From Pseudomonadota bacterium (GTDB lineage: Bacteria; Pseudomonadota; Alphaproteobacteria; Rhodobacterales; Rhodobacteraceae), in NCBI GenBank assembly GCA_049324535.1, contig JBMOOG010000020.1:287-64286 (forward strand): DNA of 64,000 nucleotides, written 5' to 3'. Shown here in pieces: positions 37,440 to 46,260 of the stretch. The notes under the pieces were generated by a model that made no database searches, was not told the DNA's origin, and was given only the letters and a program-made list of their open reading frames with translations. Numbering within the stretch: the stretch's first letter is position 1; each line of letters starts with the position of its first letter. The translations under genes and the position numbers were made by a program.

Positions 37440-38518
37440 TCCGCGCCACCCTCGTCCTCGCCGCGCTCCTGGCGATCCTTGCCCCGCCGGCCCGATCCGG
37501 AAGCGCCCCCGAGGCGGTCGCGCAATACGGACCGGCCGGCGCACCCCAGACGCTCCTCGTTCGCGGCGCCACCGACATCGCGACCTTCGGCCCGGTGGTC
37601 GAGGCCTTTGCCGCCCGCAACCCGATGATCCGCGTGACGCTCGAGCAGTGGAACTCGATCGACCTCTTCGACCTTGCCCTCGCCGAATGCCGGGCCGGGC
37701 GCACCGAGGCCGACCTGCTCATCTCGTCGGCGGTCGATCTCCAGGTCAAGCTGGTGAACGAAGGCTGCGCCCGGCCGCATGTCTCGGCCCTGGCCGATGC
37801 CCTGCCGCCCGATCGCAACTGGCGCAACGAGCTCATCGGCGTGACGCAGGAACCGGCGGTGATCGTCTACAACCGCGCCTTGCTGCCCGAGGCGTTGCGC
37901 CCGACCTCGCGCTTTGACCTTCTCGATGTGCTGCGCCAGCCGGACAATCCCTTTGCCGGCGGCCGCATCGCCACCTACGACATCCATGCCTCGGGCGTGG
38001 GCTATCTCTTCGCCTTCGTGGACAGCCGCCAGGCCTCGACCTTCGGCAGCCTGATCGAGGCCTTCGGCCGGCTGGGGGCCGTGGCCACCTGCTGTTCGGC
38101 CGAGATCATCCAGGGCGTGCGCTCGGGCCAGTATCTGCTGGCCTACAACGTGCTCGGATCCTACGCGCTCGATCTCGCCCGCGACCATCCCGAACTCGAG
38201 GTGGTGGCCCCCAGCGACTACACGCTGGTCCTGAGCCGCGCGGTCATGATCCCCCGCCAGTCCGACGCGGCCGAGGACGCGGGCCGGCTGATCGACTTCC
38301 TGCTGTCGCCACCCGGTCAGGCGGCGCTGGCCGCCAACCACCTGATCGTGCAGATCGGCGAGGGCGAGGACATCGCCTTTCCGCGCGACAGCGTGGCGGC
38401 GCGCCGCCCGATTCCGCTGTCGCCGGTGCTGCTTCTGGGGCTCGACCGGCAGGAGCGCGAGCGGTTCCTCACCGCCTGGGACACCGCCCTGGCACGGGGC
38501 CACAGGCCAAGGCACTAG
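37436..38518 (+). CDS. Periplasmic solute-binding protein (ABC-type PBP2 fold, Fe3+/polyamine-like family) with no cognate permease or ATPase
   Basis: Signal peptide MIRATLVLAALLAILAPPARSGS. PBP-like body. The ATG overlaps the tctE stop (ATGA at 37436-37439). Confidence 0.7.
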   Translation: MIRATLVLAALLAILAPPARSGSAPEAVAQYGPAGAPQTLLVRGATDIATFGPVVEAFAARNPMIRVTLEQWNSIDLFDLALAECRAGRTEADLLISSAVDLQVKLVNEGCARPHVSALADALPPDRNWRNELIGVTQEPAVIVYNRALLPEALRPTSRFDLLDVLRQPDNPFAGGRIATYDIHASGVGYLFAFVDSRQASTFGSLIEAFGRLGAVATCCSAEIIQGVRSGQYLLAYNVLGSYALDLARDHPELEVVAPSDYTLVLSRAVMIPRQSDAAEDAGRLIDFLLSPPGQAALAANHLIVQIGEGEDIAFPRDSVAARRPIPLSPVLLLGLDRQERERFLTAWDTALARGHRPRH

Positions 38519-38649
38519 CGGCCCGCCCCCGGATCCCGTCGCGCCCGGCCCGGAGGCTGCGGCCGCGATCCGGCACGGGCCGGTCGTCCGAGGCATGACA
38601 TTCCCACGTCCTGTTGCAGACTTCCGCGCCGAGAAACCCCGTGGTCAGA

Positions 38650-39198
38650 ATGTCGTCGAGCTTCGTTCCGTCCTCTCCCCTCAGCGATCTCGCCGCCTGG
38701 ACCGCGCAGAAATCCGCGCCCGGCGCGGGCGTTCTGACCCCGGACCTCGTGGCCCTCGCGCAGTCCGGCGTCAGCGTGACGCTTGCAGGCCGCGACGCCG
38801 AGGGGCACCCGATCGTGGGGATGGGCGTCGGATGCCGCGTGCGGCCGGATGGAACCCTGCGCATCCTGCTTGGCCGGGCGCCCAACGCCACCCTGCTCGC
38901 GGCGCTTGCGGCCGGCGGCCCGATCGCCGCCACCTTCACCGGCGCCCCGGACCATCGGGCGTTCCAGGTCAAGGCCCGCGCCGCCGCGATCGTCGAAGCG
39001 CTCAGCGACGACCGCCCCGAGATCGACCGCCAATGCGCCGTTCTTGCGGACGGTCTGGTCGAGATCGGGTTCTCGCGCGATCTTGCGGACGGCTATGTCG
39101 CCCATGATCCCGACGACATCGTCGCCATCGAGTTCCAGCCCGAACGGGTGTTCACCCAGACCCCCGGCCCCGGCGCCGGGGCGGAGCTGACCCGATGA
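38650..39198 (+). CDS. Pyridoxamine 5'-phosphate oxidase-like (split-barrel flavin/haem-binding fold) protein
   Basis: SVTLAGRDAEGHPIVGMGVGCRV...IAATFTGAPDHRAFQVKARA... The track start at 38614 is a TTG. ATG 38650 is preferred but uncertain. Confidence 0.6.
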   Translation: MSSSFVPSSPLSDLAAWTAQKSAPGAGVLTPDLVALAQSGVSVTLAGRDAEGHPIVGMGVGCRVRPDGTLRILLGRAPNATLLAALAAGGPIAATFTGAPDHRAFQVKARAAAIVEALSDDRPEIDRQCAVLADGLVEIGFSRDLADGYVAHDPDDIVAIEFQPERVFTQTPGPGAGAELTR

Positions 39199-40529
39199 GC
39201 GTGCCCTGTCTCGACGGCTTGCGGCCGTCGCTCGAGGGCGTGGTGGCCTCGGTCATCGCCACCTGCGACGCCGATGGCCTGCCCAATGTCTCGATGATCA
39301 GCCAGGTCCATTACGTCGATCCCGACCGCGTCGCCCTGTCCTACCAGTTCTTCAACAAGACCCGTCGCAACCTGCTGGCCACGCGGCGGGCCTCGGTGCA
39401 GATCGTCGATCCCGAGACCATGCAGCACCACCGCCTTGCGCTGGCCTACGAGGACACGCTCACCAGCGGGCCGCTGTTCGAGAGCATGAAGGCCAAGCTT
39501 TCCGGCATCGCGTCCCATCACGGGATGGACGGCGTGTTCCGCCGGCTTGGCGCCGACGTCTTCCGCGTGCTGGCGGTCGAGGCCGTGCCGGGACCGACGA
39601 TCCCCCGCCCCGTCCGGCCGCGTCCGCTGCTGGCGGCCACCCGGCGCGCCTGCGACGCGCTCGACGCCTGCGCCGATCTCGAAGAGCTTCTGGACCGCGC
39701 GACCGAAGTGCTGGAGGCGCAGTTCGGCATCCGGCACTCCATGGTCTTCATGGTCGAGGACGGGGAGGACCGGCTCTATGCCGTGGCCTCGCGCGGCTAT
39801 CGCAGCTCGGGCGTGGGGGCCGAGGTGACATTCGGCGAAGGCGTGATCGGGGTCGCCGCGCGCGAGCGCACGCCGATACGCATCGGTCACATGACCCGCG
39901 AATACCGCTACGGCGCGGCGATCACCGAAACGGCGCGGCGCGCGGGCCTGATCGAGGACGTGCCCCGGACCATTCCCTTTCCCGGTCTTGCCGCGCCCCG
40001 CAGCCAGATCGCACTGCCGATCCTCGAGGGCGGGCGGCTTCTCGGCGTGCTCTTCGCCGAGGCGGAGGAGACGATGCGCTTTGCCTACGACGACGAGGAC
40101 GCGCTGGCGCTGGTCGCGGGACATCTGGGCGCGCGCATTGCGATCCAGCGCGCGGTCGAGACCGAGGACGACACCGCCACTCCCGACCTCGCCCTGCCGC
40201 TGGCCGGGGGCGTCGTCGTCCGCTACTACCCCGTCGATCAGAGCGTGTTCGTCGATCACGACTACCTCATCAAGGGCGTGGCCGGCGCGATCCTCTGGCG
40301 GCTCCTTCAGGAATTCCAGGCCACCGGGCGCACCGAATTCGCCCTGCGGGAGCTGCGCGTCGATCCGGCGCTGCGTCTGCCCGCGCATTCCGAGAATCTC
40401 GACGCGCGCATGATCCTGCTGCGGCGCCGGCTCGAGGAACGGCAGTCCTGCCTGCGGATCGAGAAGGCCGGACGCGGACGGTTCCGGCTGGCCGTCGCCT
40501 GCCGCCTGACGCTGGAAGGGCCGGCTTAG
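39195..40529 (+). CDS. Multidomain sensor protein: PNPOx-like N-domain + GAF domain + C-terminal OmpR-like winged-helix-looking domain
   Basis: N-domain: VASVIATCDADGLPNVSMISQVHYVD. GAF: LEELLDRATEVLEAQFGIRHSMVFMVED...GVIGVAARERTPIRI...ALPILEGGRLLGVLFAEA. C-terminal domain: ILWRLLQEF...ENLDARMILLRRRLEE...IEKAGRGRFRL. The ATG overlaps the upstream stop. Confidence 0.7.
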   Translation: MSVPCLDGLRPSLEGVVASVIATCDADGLPNVSMISQVHYVDPDRVALSYQFFNKTRRNLLATRRASVQIVDPETMQHHRLALAYEDTLTSGPLFESMKAKLSGIASHHGMDGVFRRLGADVFRVLAVEAVPGPTIPRPVRPRPLLAATRRACDALDACADLEELLDRATEVLEAQFGIRHSMVFMVEDGEDRLYAVASRGYRSSGVGAEVTFGEGVIGVAARERTPIRIGHMTREYRYGAAITETARRAGLIEDVPRTIPFPGLAAPRSQIALPILEGGRLLGVLFAEAEETMRFAYDDEDALALVAGHLGARIAIQRAVETEDDTATPDLALPLAGGVVVRYYPVDQSVFVDHDYLIKGVAGAILWRLLQEFQATGRTEFALRELRVDPALRLPAHSENLDARMILLRRRLEERQSCLRIEKAGRGRFRLAVACRLTLEGPA

Positions 40530-40713
40530 CAGTCTTTGAGCATTGCTGAGGCTTTCGCGACCGCTTTCTGAACATGCGGGGCGCGGCGACCGGGCGTAGA
40601 CACCGGCCCAGCGGCGACACGCGCCGCGGCCCGAAACCCGAAAACCTGAACCGCCGAACCGTCCCTGCCCCGAGCCCTCACCCGGCCCGGGCCGGCCGGA
40701 TGCGGCCAGCCCG

Positions 40714-42087
40714 ATGGACACCGTCATGGACACCGAAGCCCTGAAACGCCGCCTGCGCGGCCGCCTGATCACCCAGTTCGACCCCGGCCACGCCGAGGCC
40801 TGCGACGGCCTCGTCTGGAACGGACGCAAGCCCGAGCGCCGCGCGCGGCTGATCGTCCGCGCCGCCGGCGCCGACGACGTGGCCGAAGCCGTGCGCTTTG
40901 CCGCGGCGAACGGCCTGACCGTCTCGCCGCGCGGGGGCGGACACCACTTCACCGGCATCGCCGCGCAGGCGGATGTGGTGATCGACCTCGCGGCGCTGGA
41001 CGGGCTGCGGATGGACCCCGAGCGCCGCACCGCGCGGGTCGAGCCCGCCGTCACCAACGCGCGGATGGCCGGTGCGCTGGCCCGCCACGACCTGGCCTTC
41101 CCGCTTGGCCATTGCGGCAGCGTGCCGATGAGCGGCTACCTGCTGGGCGGGGGGATCGGCTGGAATTCCGGCGCCTGGGGCGTGGCCTGCTTCCTCGTCG
41201 AGGCCGTCGAGGTCGTCATGGCCGACGGGCGCCGGCTGACCGCCAGCGAGACCGAGAACGCCGACATCCTCTGGGCCGCGCGGGGGGCGGGGCCCGCCTT
41301 CTTCGGCATCGTCACCGCCTACCATCTGCGCCTCGAGCGGGCGCCGAGGGCGATCCTGACCGAGGTCCATGTCCATCCGCTCGCCGAGGCCGGCCGGGTG
41401 GCCGCCTGGGCCGAGGCCGCGATGGCCAATGCTCCGGCCGAGGTCGAACTCACGCTCAAGATCGCCGCTCCGCCGCCGGGCGTGCCGGTGCAGGGACCGC
41501 TGGTCGAAGTCATCGCCACGGTCTTCGCCGACAGCGACGCCAGCGCGCACGCGACGCTGGCGACCCTGTTCGCACAGGCGCCCGAACCGATGCAGGTCAT
41601 CGGCCCGATGCCCACCCCGCTCGACGTGCTCTACGGCCTCACCGCGCAATCCATGCCCGCCGGGCTGCGCTACGGCGTCGACAGCCTGTGGTCGCAGGCG
41701 CCGTTCCCCGAGGTCGTCGCGCGCATCGCGGCCGGCATGGCCGCGGCACCCTCGCGCCGGAGCCTCGCGCTCGCGATGCTGCGCGCGCCCGGCGCGCTGC
41801 CCCCCCGCGACGGGGCCTTTTCCCGGATCGGGCGGATCTTCGGATCGGTCTACGCGATCTGGGAGGATGCCGGCGAGGACGGCGCGCAGATGGACTGGCT
41901 GCGCGCCACGATGGCGGCGGCCGCCCCACTCGGCCTTGGCGCCTATGTGGGCGAGGCCGATCTGGACCGCGGCCCGGGCCTTCCGACCCATGCACCCGCG
42001 GCCGAAGCCCGCCTGCGCGACCTTGCGGCGCGCTTCGACCCGTCGGGCCTCTTCACCGCCACCGCGGCGCTGCGGGCCGCGGCCTGA
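40714..42087 (+). CDS. FAD-linked oxidase, VAO/PCMH-type with BBE-like C-terminus
   Basis: VSPRGGGHHFTG (site typical of covalent His-FAD). FAD_binding_4 pattern. C-terminal RFDPSGLF (BBE-like). Confidence 0.8.
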   Translation: MDTVMDTEALKRRLRGRLITQFDPGHAEACDGLVWNGRKPERRARLIVRAAGADDVAEAVRFAAANGLTVSPRGGGHHFTGIAAQADVVIDLAALDGLRMDPERRTARVEPAVTNARMAGALARHDLAFPLGHCGSVPMSGYLLGGGIGWNSGAWGVACFLVEAVEVVMADGRRLTASETENADILWAARGAGPAFFGIVTAYHLRLERAPRAILTEVHVHPLAEAGRVAAWAEAAMANAPAEVELTLKIAAPPPGVPVQGPLVEVIATVFADSDASAHATLATLFAQAPEPMQVIGPMPTPLDVLYGLTAQSMPAGLRYGVDSLWSQAPFPEVVARIAAGMAAAPSRRSLALAMLRAPGALPPRDGAFSRIGRIFGSVYAIWEDAGEDGAQMDWLRATMAAAAPLGLGAYVGEADLDRGPGLPTHAPAAEARLRDLAARFDPSGLFTATAALRAAA

Positions 42088-42139
42088 CCCGAACCCCATG
42101 CCCGCAAACCGGGCGACACCCTGAACGGAGGATTCATCC

Positions 42140-42643
42140 ATGACCCGTCACACCCGTCTTGGCCTGGCCGCGGCGGTCAGCCTTGCCGCAACCTCGGCCA
42201 CGGCAGAACAGCACGACGCCGATCGGATCGCGCGCGGCGCCTATCTCGGCCAGATCATGGACTGCGCCGGCTGTCACATGCCGCGCGGCCCGGACGGCGC
42301 CCCTGTGCCCGAGGCCGGTCTGTCCGGCGGCACGGTCGGCTTCGAGATTCCCGGCATGGGCACCTTCTGGCCCAGCAACCTGACCCCCGACCCGACCGGC
42401 CTCGGCGGGTGGAGCGCCGATCAGATCGCGGCCGCCATCACCCAGGGGGTGCGCCCGGACGGGCGGATTCTGGCTCCGGCCATGCCCTGGCCGAGCTTTG
42501 CCGCCCTGAGCGAGGAGGACCTCTCGGCACTGGTTGCCTGGCTCCAGTCGCTGCCTCCGGTCGCGAACGCCGTGCCCGGACCGGTGGCGCCGGACGGGTC
42601 CGCGCCGGCGCCGTTCTATCGGGTGATGGTGCCCGGCCACTGA
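42140..42643 (+). CDS. Monohaem c-type cytochrome
   Basis: Signal peptide. Single CAGCH haem-binding motif. Distal Met candidate in APAMPW. Confidence 0.8.
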   Translation: MTRHTRLGLAAAVSLAATSATAEQHDADRIARGAYLGQIMDCAGCHMPRGPDGAPVPEAGLSGGTVGFEIPGMGTFWPSNLTPDPTGLGGWSADQIAAAITQGVRPDGRILAPAMPWPSFAALSEEDLSALVAWLQSLPPVANAVPGPVAPDGSAPAPFYRVMVPGH

Positions 42644-42653
42644 ACGCGGCGCC

Positions 42654-42685
42654 CCGGGGGCCGTCCCATCGGGACCGGCCCCCGG
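42654..42685. terminator. GC-rich hairpin between convergent genes (candidate bidirectional terminator)
   Basis: CCGGGGGCCGTCCC-ATC-GGGACCGGCCCCCGG, a stem of about 14 bp with one bulge. No clear U-tract. Confidence 0.4.
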
Positions 42686-42760
42686 ACTACGCCGCCCGCA
42701 CCAGCGCTCACGGCCCGCCGAATCGCGGCACCCGCTGCACTTCGAAGCGCGACAGGCGGC

Positions 42761-44641
42761 TCATGCGGATACTCCTTCCGGGCGGGTTTGTGCGCCGGCA
42801 AGGCCCGCGGGCTCGATCCGCAGGGCGCGCAGCGCGTTGAGGATGACGGCGACGTCGATGGCCTCCTGGATCAGGGCGCCCTGAACCGGGGTGAGATAGC
42901 CGAAGGCCGCGGCGATCATGCCCGCGACCGAAAGGCCGATGCCCGCGACCACGCTTTCCAGCGCGATCCGGCGCGACCGGCGGGCGATGCCGATCCCCGG
43001 CGCGATGCGGTCCACCCGGTCCACGAGCAGCACGACGTCCGCGGCTTCGGCGCTGGCCGCGGCCCCGCGCGCGCCCATCGCGACGCCGACATCGGCGGCC
43101 GCCAGGGCCGGGGCGTCGTTCACGCCGTCCCCCACCATCATCACCGGGCCATTCTTGTGTTCGGTCAGGACCAGCAGAACCTTCTCGTCCGGCGTCAGCC
43201 CCGCGCGGATGCCGTCGAGCCCCAGCCCCTCGGTCACCCGCTGCGCCACCTCGGCCCGGTCGCCGGTGGCCAGAAGGATGCGCGCGACGCCCTCGCGCCG
43301 GAGCGCCGTCAGCATCTCGGCCGCGCCCTCGCGCAGAGGATCGGACATCACCAGATGGCCGGCCATGCGGCCATCGACGGCGACGGCCACCAGGACCGAG
43401 CCCGCCGCGAGGTCCGGACCACCGCCCGACGACCGCCCCACCCGGGCGGCCACGAAGCCGTCGCCGCCGACGAGGACCGGACGCCCGTCGATGACGCCCG
43501 TGACGCCCTCACCCGGGATCTCGGTCACGTCCCCGGGGATGGGCAGGGTCAGGCCGCGCGCCTTCGCGGCGGCCACGATGGCCTGCGCGACGGGGTGCTT
43601 CGACGCCTGATCCAGCGCGGCGGCGTGGCGCAGGATGTCGTCGGCCGCCATCCCGTCGTGGCTGTCGATGCGCACGATCTGCGGCCGCCCGTCGGTAAGC
43701 GTGCCGGTCTTGTCGAGGATGAGCGTGCGGATGCGCGCCATCGCCTCGAGCGGCCTCGCCCCCTTGACCAGCACCCCGAAATGGGCGGCCCGGGACAGGC
43801 CCGCGACCAGCGCCACCGGAACCGCCAGGATCAGCGGACAGGGCGTCGCGACCACCAGCACGGCCACGGCGCGGATCGGATCGCCGGTGACCCACCAGGC
43901 CGCCGCCGCAATGGCCACGGTGACCGCCAGAAAGCCCAGCGACCAGCGGTCGGCCAGCCGCGCCATCGGGGCCTTTGACGCCTGCGCCTGCTCGACCAGC
44001 CGGACGATGCCGGCGTAGGTGCTGTCCTTCGCCTCGCGCGTGGCCTCGAGGTCGAAGGCCTCGCCCGCGTTCGTCGATCCGCTCATCGCCTCGCCGCCGC
44101 GCTCCAGCCGCACGGGAAGCGATTCGCCCGTCAGCGCCGAGGTGTCGAGGAACGCCGAGGCCGAGACGATGCGCCCGTCCACCGGCACGACGTCGCCCTG
44201 GCGGATCAGCAGGCGGTCGCCGGGGGCGATGTCGTCGAGCGGCACCTCCTCGAGCCCGCCGTCGCGGTGCCGGGTCGCCGTGCGGGGCACGCGGGCGAGA
44301 AGATCGCGCATCTCGCGCCGCGCCCGGCCCTCGGCGAAGCTTTCAAGGAAGGTGCCGCCCGAATACATGACCGCGACCACCGCCGCCGCGAGCGTCTCGC
44401 CGAAGATCAGCGCCGCCGACATCGACAGCGCCGCCACGATGTCGAGGCCCACCTCGCCCCGCGCGAGGCTGCGCAGGATCTCCAGCACCAGCGCCGCCAG
44501 CACCGGCAGGACGGTTGCGAACCAGACGCCCTGCGCCAGATCGGGAGGGCCCGCGGCCTGCGCCGCGAGCCCGGCCAGCAGACCCGCAACGGCGATGACC
44601 AGAAGAAGCGTCTTCAGCCGGTCTGTCTGCGCGTGATCCAC
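42761..44641 (-). CDS. P1B-type heavy-metal ATPase, P1B-5-like (TPCP motif), no soluble metal-binding domains
   Basis: TGESLPV, VATPCPLILAVP, DKTGTLT, GDGVNDAPALA, and QEAID in the last TM region. 626 aa with no N-terminal HMA domain or C-terminal extension. Confidence 0.85.
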   Translation of the reverse strand: MDHAQTDRLKTLLLVIAVAGLLAGLAAQAAGPPDLAQGVWFATVLPVLAALVLEILRSLARGEVGLDIVAALSMSAALIFGETLAAAVVAVMYSGGTFLESFAEGRARREMRDLLARVPRTATRHRDGGLEEVPLDDIAPGDRLLIRQGDVVPVDGRIVSASAFLDTSALTGESLPVRLERGGEAMSGSTNAGEAFDLEATREAKDSTYAGIVRLVEQAQASKAPMARLADRWSLGFLAVTVAIAAAAWWVTGDPIRAVAVLVVATPCPLILAVPVALVAGLSRAAHFGVLVKGARPLEAMARIRTLILDKTGTLTDGRPQIVRIDSHDGMAADDILRHAAALDQASKHPVAQAIVAAAKARGLTLPIPGDVTEIPGEGVTGVIDGRPVLVGGDGFVAARVGRSSGGGPDLAAGSVLVAVAVDGRMAGHLVMSDPLREGAAEMLTALRREGVARILLATGDRAEVAQRVTEGLGLDGIRAGLTPDEKVLLVLTEHKNGPVMMVGDGVNDAPALAAADVGVAMGARGAAASAEAADVVLLVDRVDRIAPGIGIARRSRRIALESVVAGIGLSVAGMIAAAFGYLTPVQGALIQEAIDVAVILNALRALRIEPAGLAGAQTRPEGVSA

Positions 44642-44812
44642 GGGTCTGCTCTCCGGCGGCCGGAACCGTTGCCCCGGGCCTTCCCGAGCGACTATGCCCC
44701 ACGGCCCGGCGTTGCACAGCCCCCGCGACGCGCGGTGTGCAGAAGCGCGCGTCGAGGCCAGCCGTCGCGGCGGACCCCAGACCGGATCGCCGACCCGAAG
44801 ACGGGCCGGATA

Positions 44813-44828
44813 TTCGCGTTGCGGATAG
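44813..44828 (+). promoter_or_regulatory. Box TTCGCGTTGCGGATAG (copy 1), 74 nt upstream of the 44903 start
   Basis: Identical to 49092-49107. See the related copies at 49053-49068 (minus strand) and 61691-61706. Confidence 0.55.
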
Positions 44829-44902
44829 CGGCAGGCCGCCCCGCGCGGTATCGCACCGGCAGAGATGGGCCGGATCCCGGCCCGAACCGGATGGAGACTG
44901 AC

Positions 44903-45412
44903 ATGAAGACGACGCTCTTTCTGCGCCTTGCGCTGGCCACGGCCTGCGCGGTCGGCGCCGCGGCAGGAGCCCAGGCCAAGATCGTGGCCGAACCCCAGAT
45001 GGCCGCCTTCTGCACCGGAGAGGCCGCAGCCAAGCTCGGCACCCGGCCCCGCAAAATCCTGACGCTCCCGGTGGAGAAGAAGAACGGGAAATACGTCGTC
45101 TACGGCCAGAGCCCGGCCGAGGGTCCGGATGTGACCACCTTCGAATGCAAGTTCGGAGCGGACCGGAAGTATCAGGGCATCAAGATCACCGGACGCCCCG
45201 CGAAGAGCGGTTCGGCCGACAACGGCGGGGCACCGCCGGCGGCGATGGCGCGGTGCCGCGCCATGGTCGGCGTCCCCGCCAAGGTCGAGACCGTCAGCCC
45301 GCTGCGTCCCGGCTACACCGAGATCATCTTGCGCGAGAACGCCAGCGGCCGACGCATCGCCTGCACCGCCTCGGATGCGGGTGAGATCACGGACTGGGTC
45401 GAGCTGAACTGA
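44903..45412 (+). CDS. Secreted protein of unknown function with two modules of about 55 aa, each containing a Cys pair
   Basis: Signal peptide MKTTLFLRLALATACAVGAAAGAQA. The modules are FCTGE...FECKF and RCRAM...IACTA. The start is 44903 or 44891. Confidence 0.7.
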   Translation: MKTTLFLRLALATACAVGAAAGAQAKIVAEPQMAAFCTGEAAAKLGTRPRKILTLPVEKKNGKYVVYGQSPAEGPDVTTFECKFGADRKYQGIKITGRPAKSGSADNGGAPPAAMARCRAMVGVPAKVETVSPLRPGYTEIILRENASGRRIACTASDAGEITDWVELN

Positions 45413-45471
45413 TCCCGGCGTTCGGGTGGCGAGTGACAGGGGCGGCGCCTACGGGTGCCGCCCCGTTTCGT

Positions 45472-46260
45472 TCAGGGCGTGCAATCCTCGGGCGTCAGCC
45501 GGATCAGCCAGTACCTGAAGGCGGGATTGTCCTCATAGGCGCCGGGGCCTTCGTAGCGCACCGGCGGCAGGCCAAGCCGCGCCATGTCGGCAATCGAGAA
45601 CCCCCAGCCAAGCTGGGCGCCGCTGAGGCGATTGTCGAAGCGCGGCCCGACGCCACAGATGGCGAAGGTGTCGGCGATGCCGATCCCGTCATAGAATGTC
45701 TTCTCCTCGACGATCAGCGCCTGAAGCGTTCCCACCGCCTCGTCGAGCCAGGCCTCGAGGTCCATGGGGTTGCCTGCATCGTCCTTCATGTTCGTCGCCT
45801 GGTCCGCGACCTGGCCACGCAGGTAGTCGCGCAAGGGCAGGCCCGGCTGGTCGGCGGTGATCTGGAACCCGCGGTCGTTGCCATGCCAGCCGAGGAAGGC
45901 GTTCTCGCGGATGGTGATGCTGTTGGCGCCGGGCGCGATGAAGTCGGCGCAGGAGGAAAAGCAGCCGACCTCGATGGTCAGGTCGGGCTTGAGGTCGGCG
46001 ATGATCGAACCGATGAAGATGCCGGCCTTGGTGTCGCCACCACCGGAATTGACGATCATCTTCGTGACCTGCCCGCGCGGCAGGTGGCGCACGGCATTGC
46101 TGAGCTTCGTGAGGCCCGTCGCGTTGATGCCGCCGATGTAGGTCAGCGTCTCCCCCTCGACCTTGACGATGGGGTCCGGGTCGGTCGAGGGCTTCACGGG
46201 CACCCAGTCGGCGAAGGCGGGGCTCGCGGCCAAGAGGGCCGCGATGGCAAGGGCGCGCAT
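45472..46260 (-). CDS. Periplasmic ClpP/crotonase-fold protein (COG3904-like)
   Basis: Signal peptide MRALAIAALLAASPAFA. KMIVNSGGGDTKAGIFIG and GCFSSCADFI resemble the Clp-fold periplasmic family. The ATG at 46260 overlaps the CPBP stop. Confidence 0.65.
   Translation of the reverse strand: MRALAIAALLAASPAFADWVPVKPSTDPDPIVKVEGETLTYIGGINATGLTKLSNAVRHLPRGQVTKMIVNSGGGDTKAGIFIGSIIADLKPDLTIEVGCFSSCADFIAPGANSITIRENAFLGWHGNDRGFQITADQPGLPLRDYLRGQVADQATNMKDDAGNPMDLEAWLDEAVGTLQALIVEEKTFYDGIGIADTFAICGVGPRFDNRLSGAQLGWGFSIADMARLGLPPVRYEGPGAYEDNPAFRYWLIRLTPEDCTP

Noticed and set aside
40530-40713. Shared regulatory motif between the upstream regions of the PNPOx/GAF pair (38519-38649) and the flavoprotein gene.
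   Set aside because: No convincing common sequence was found by eye. The co-regulation hypothesis rests on proximity only.
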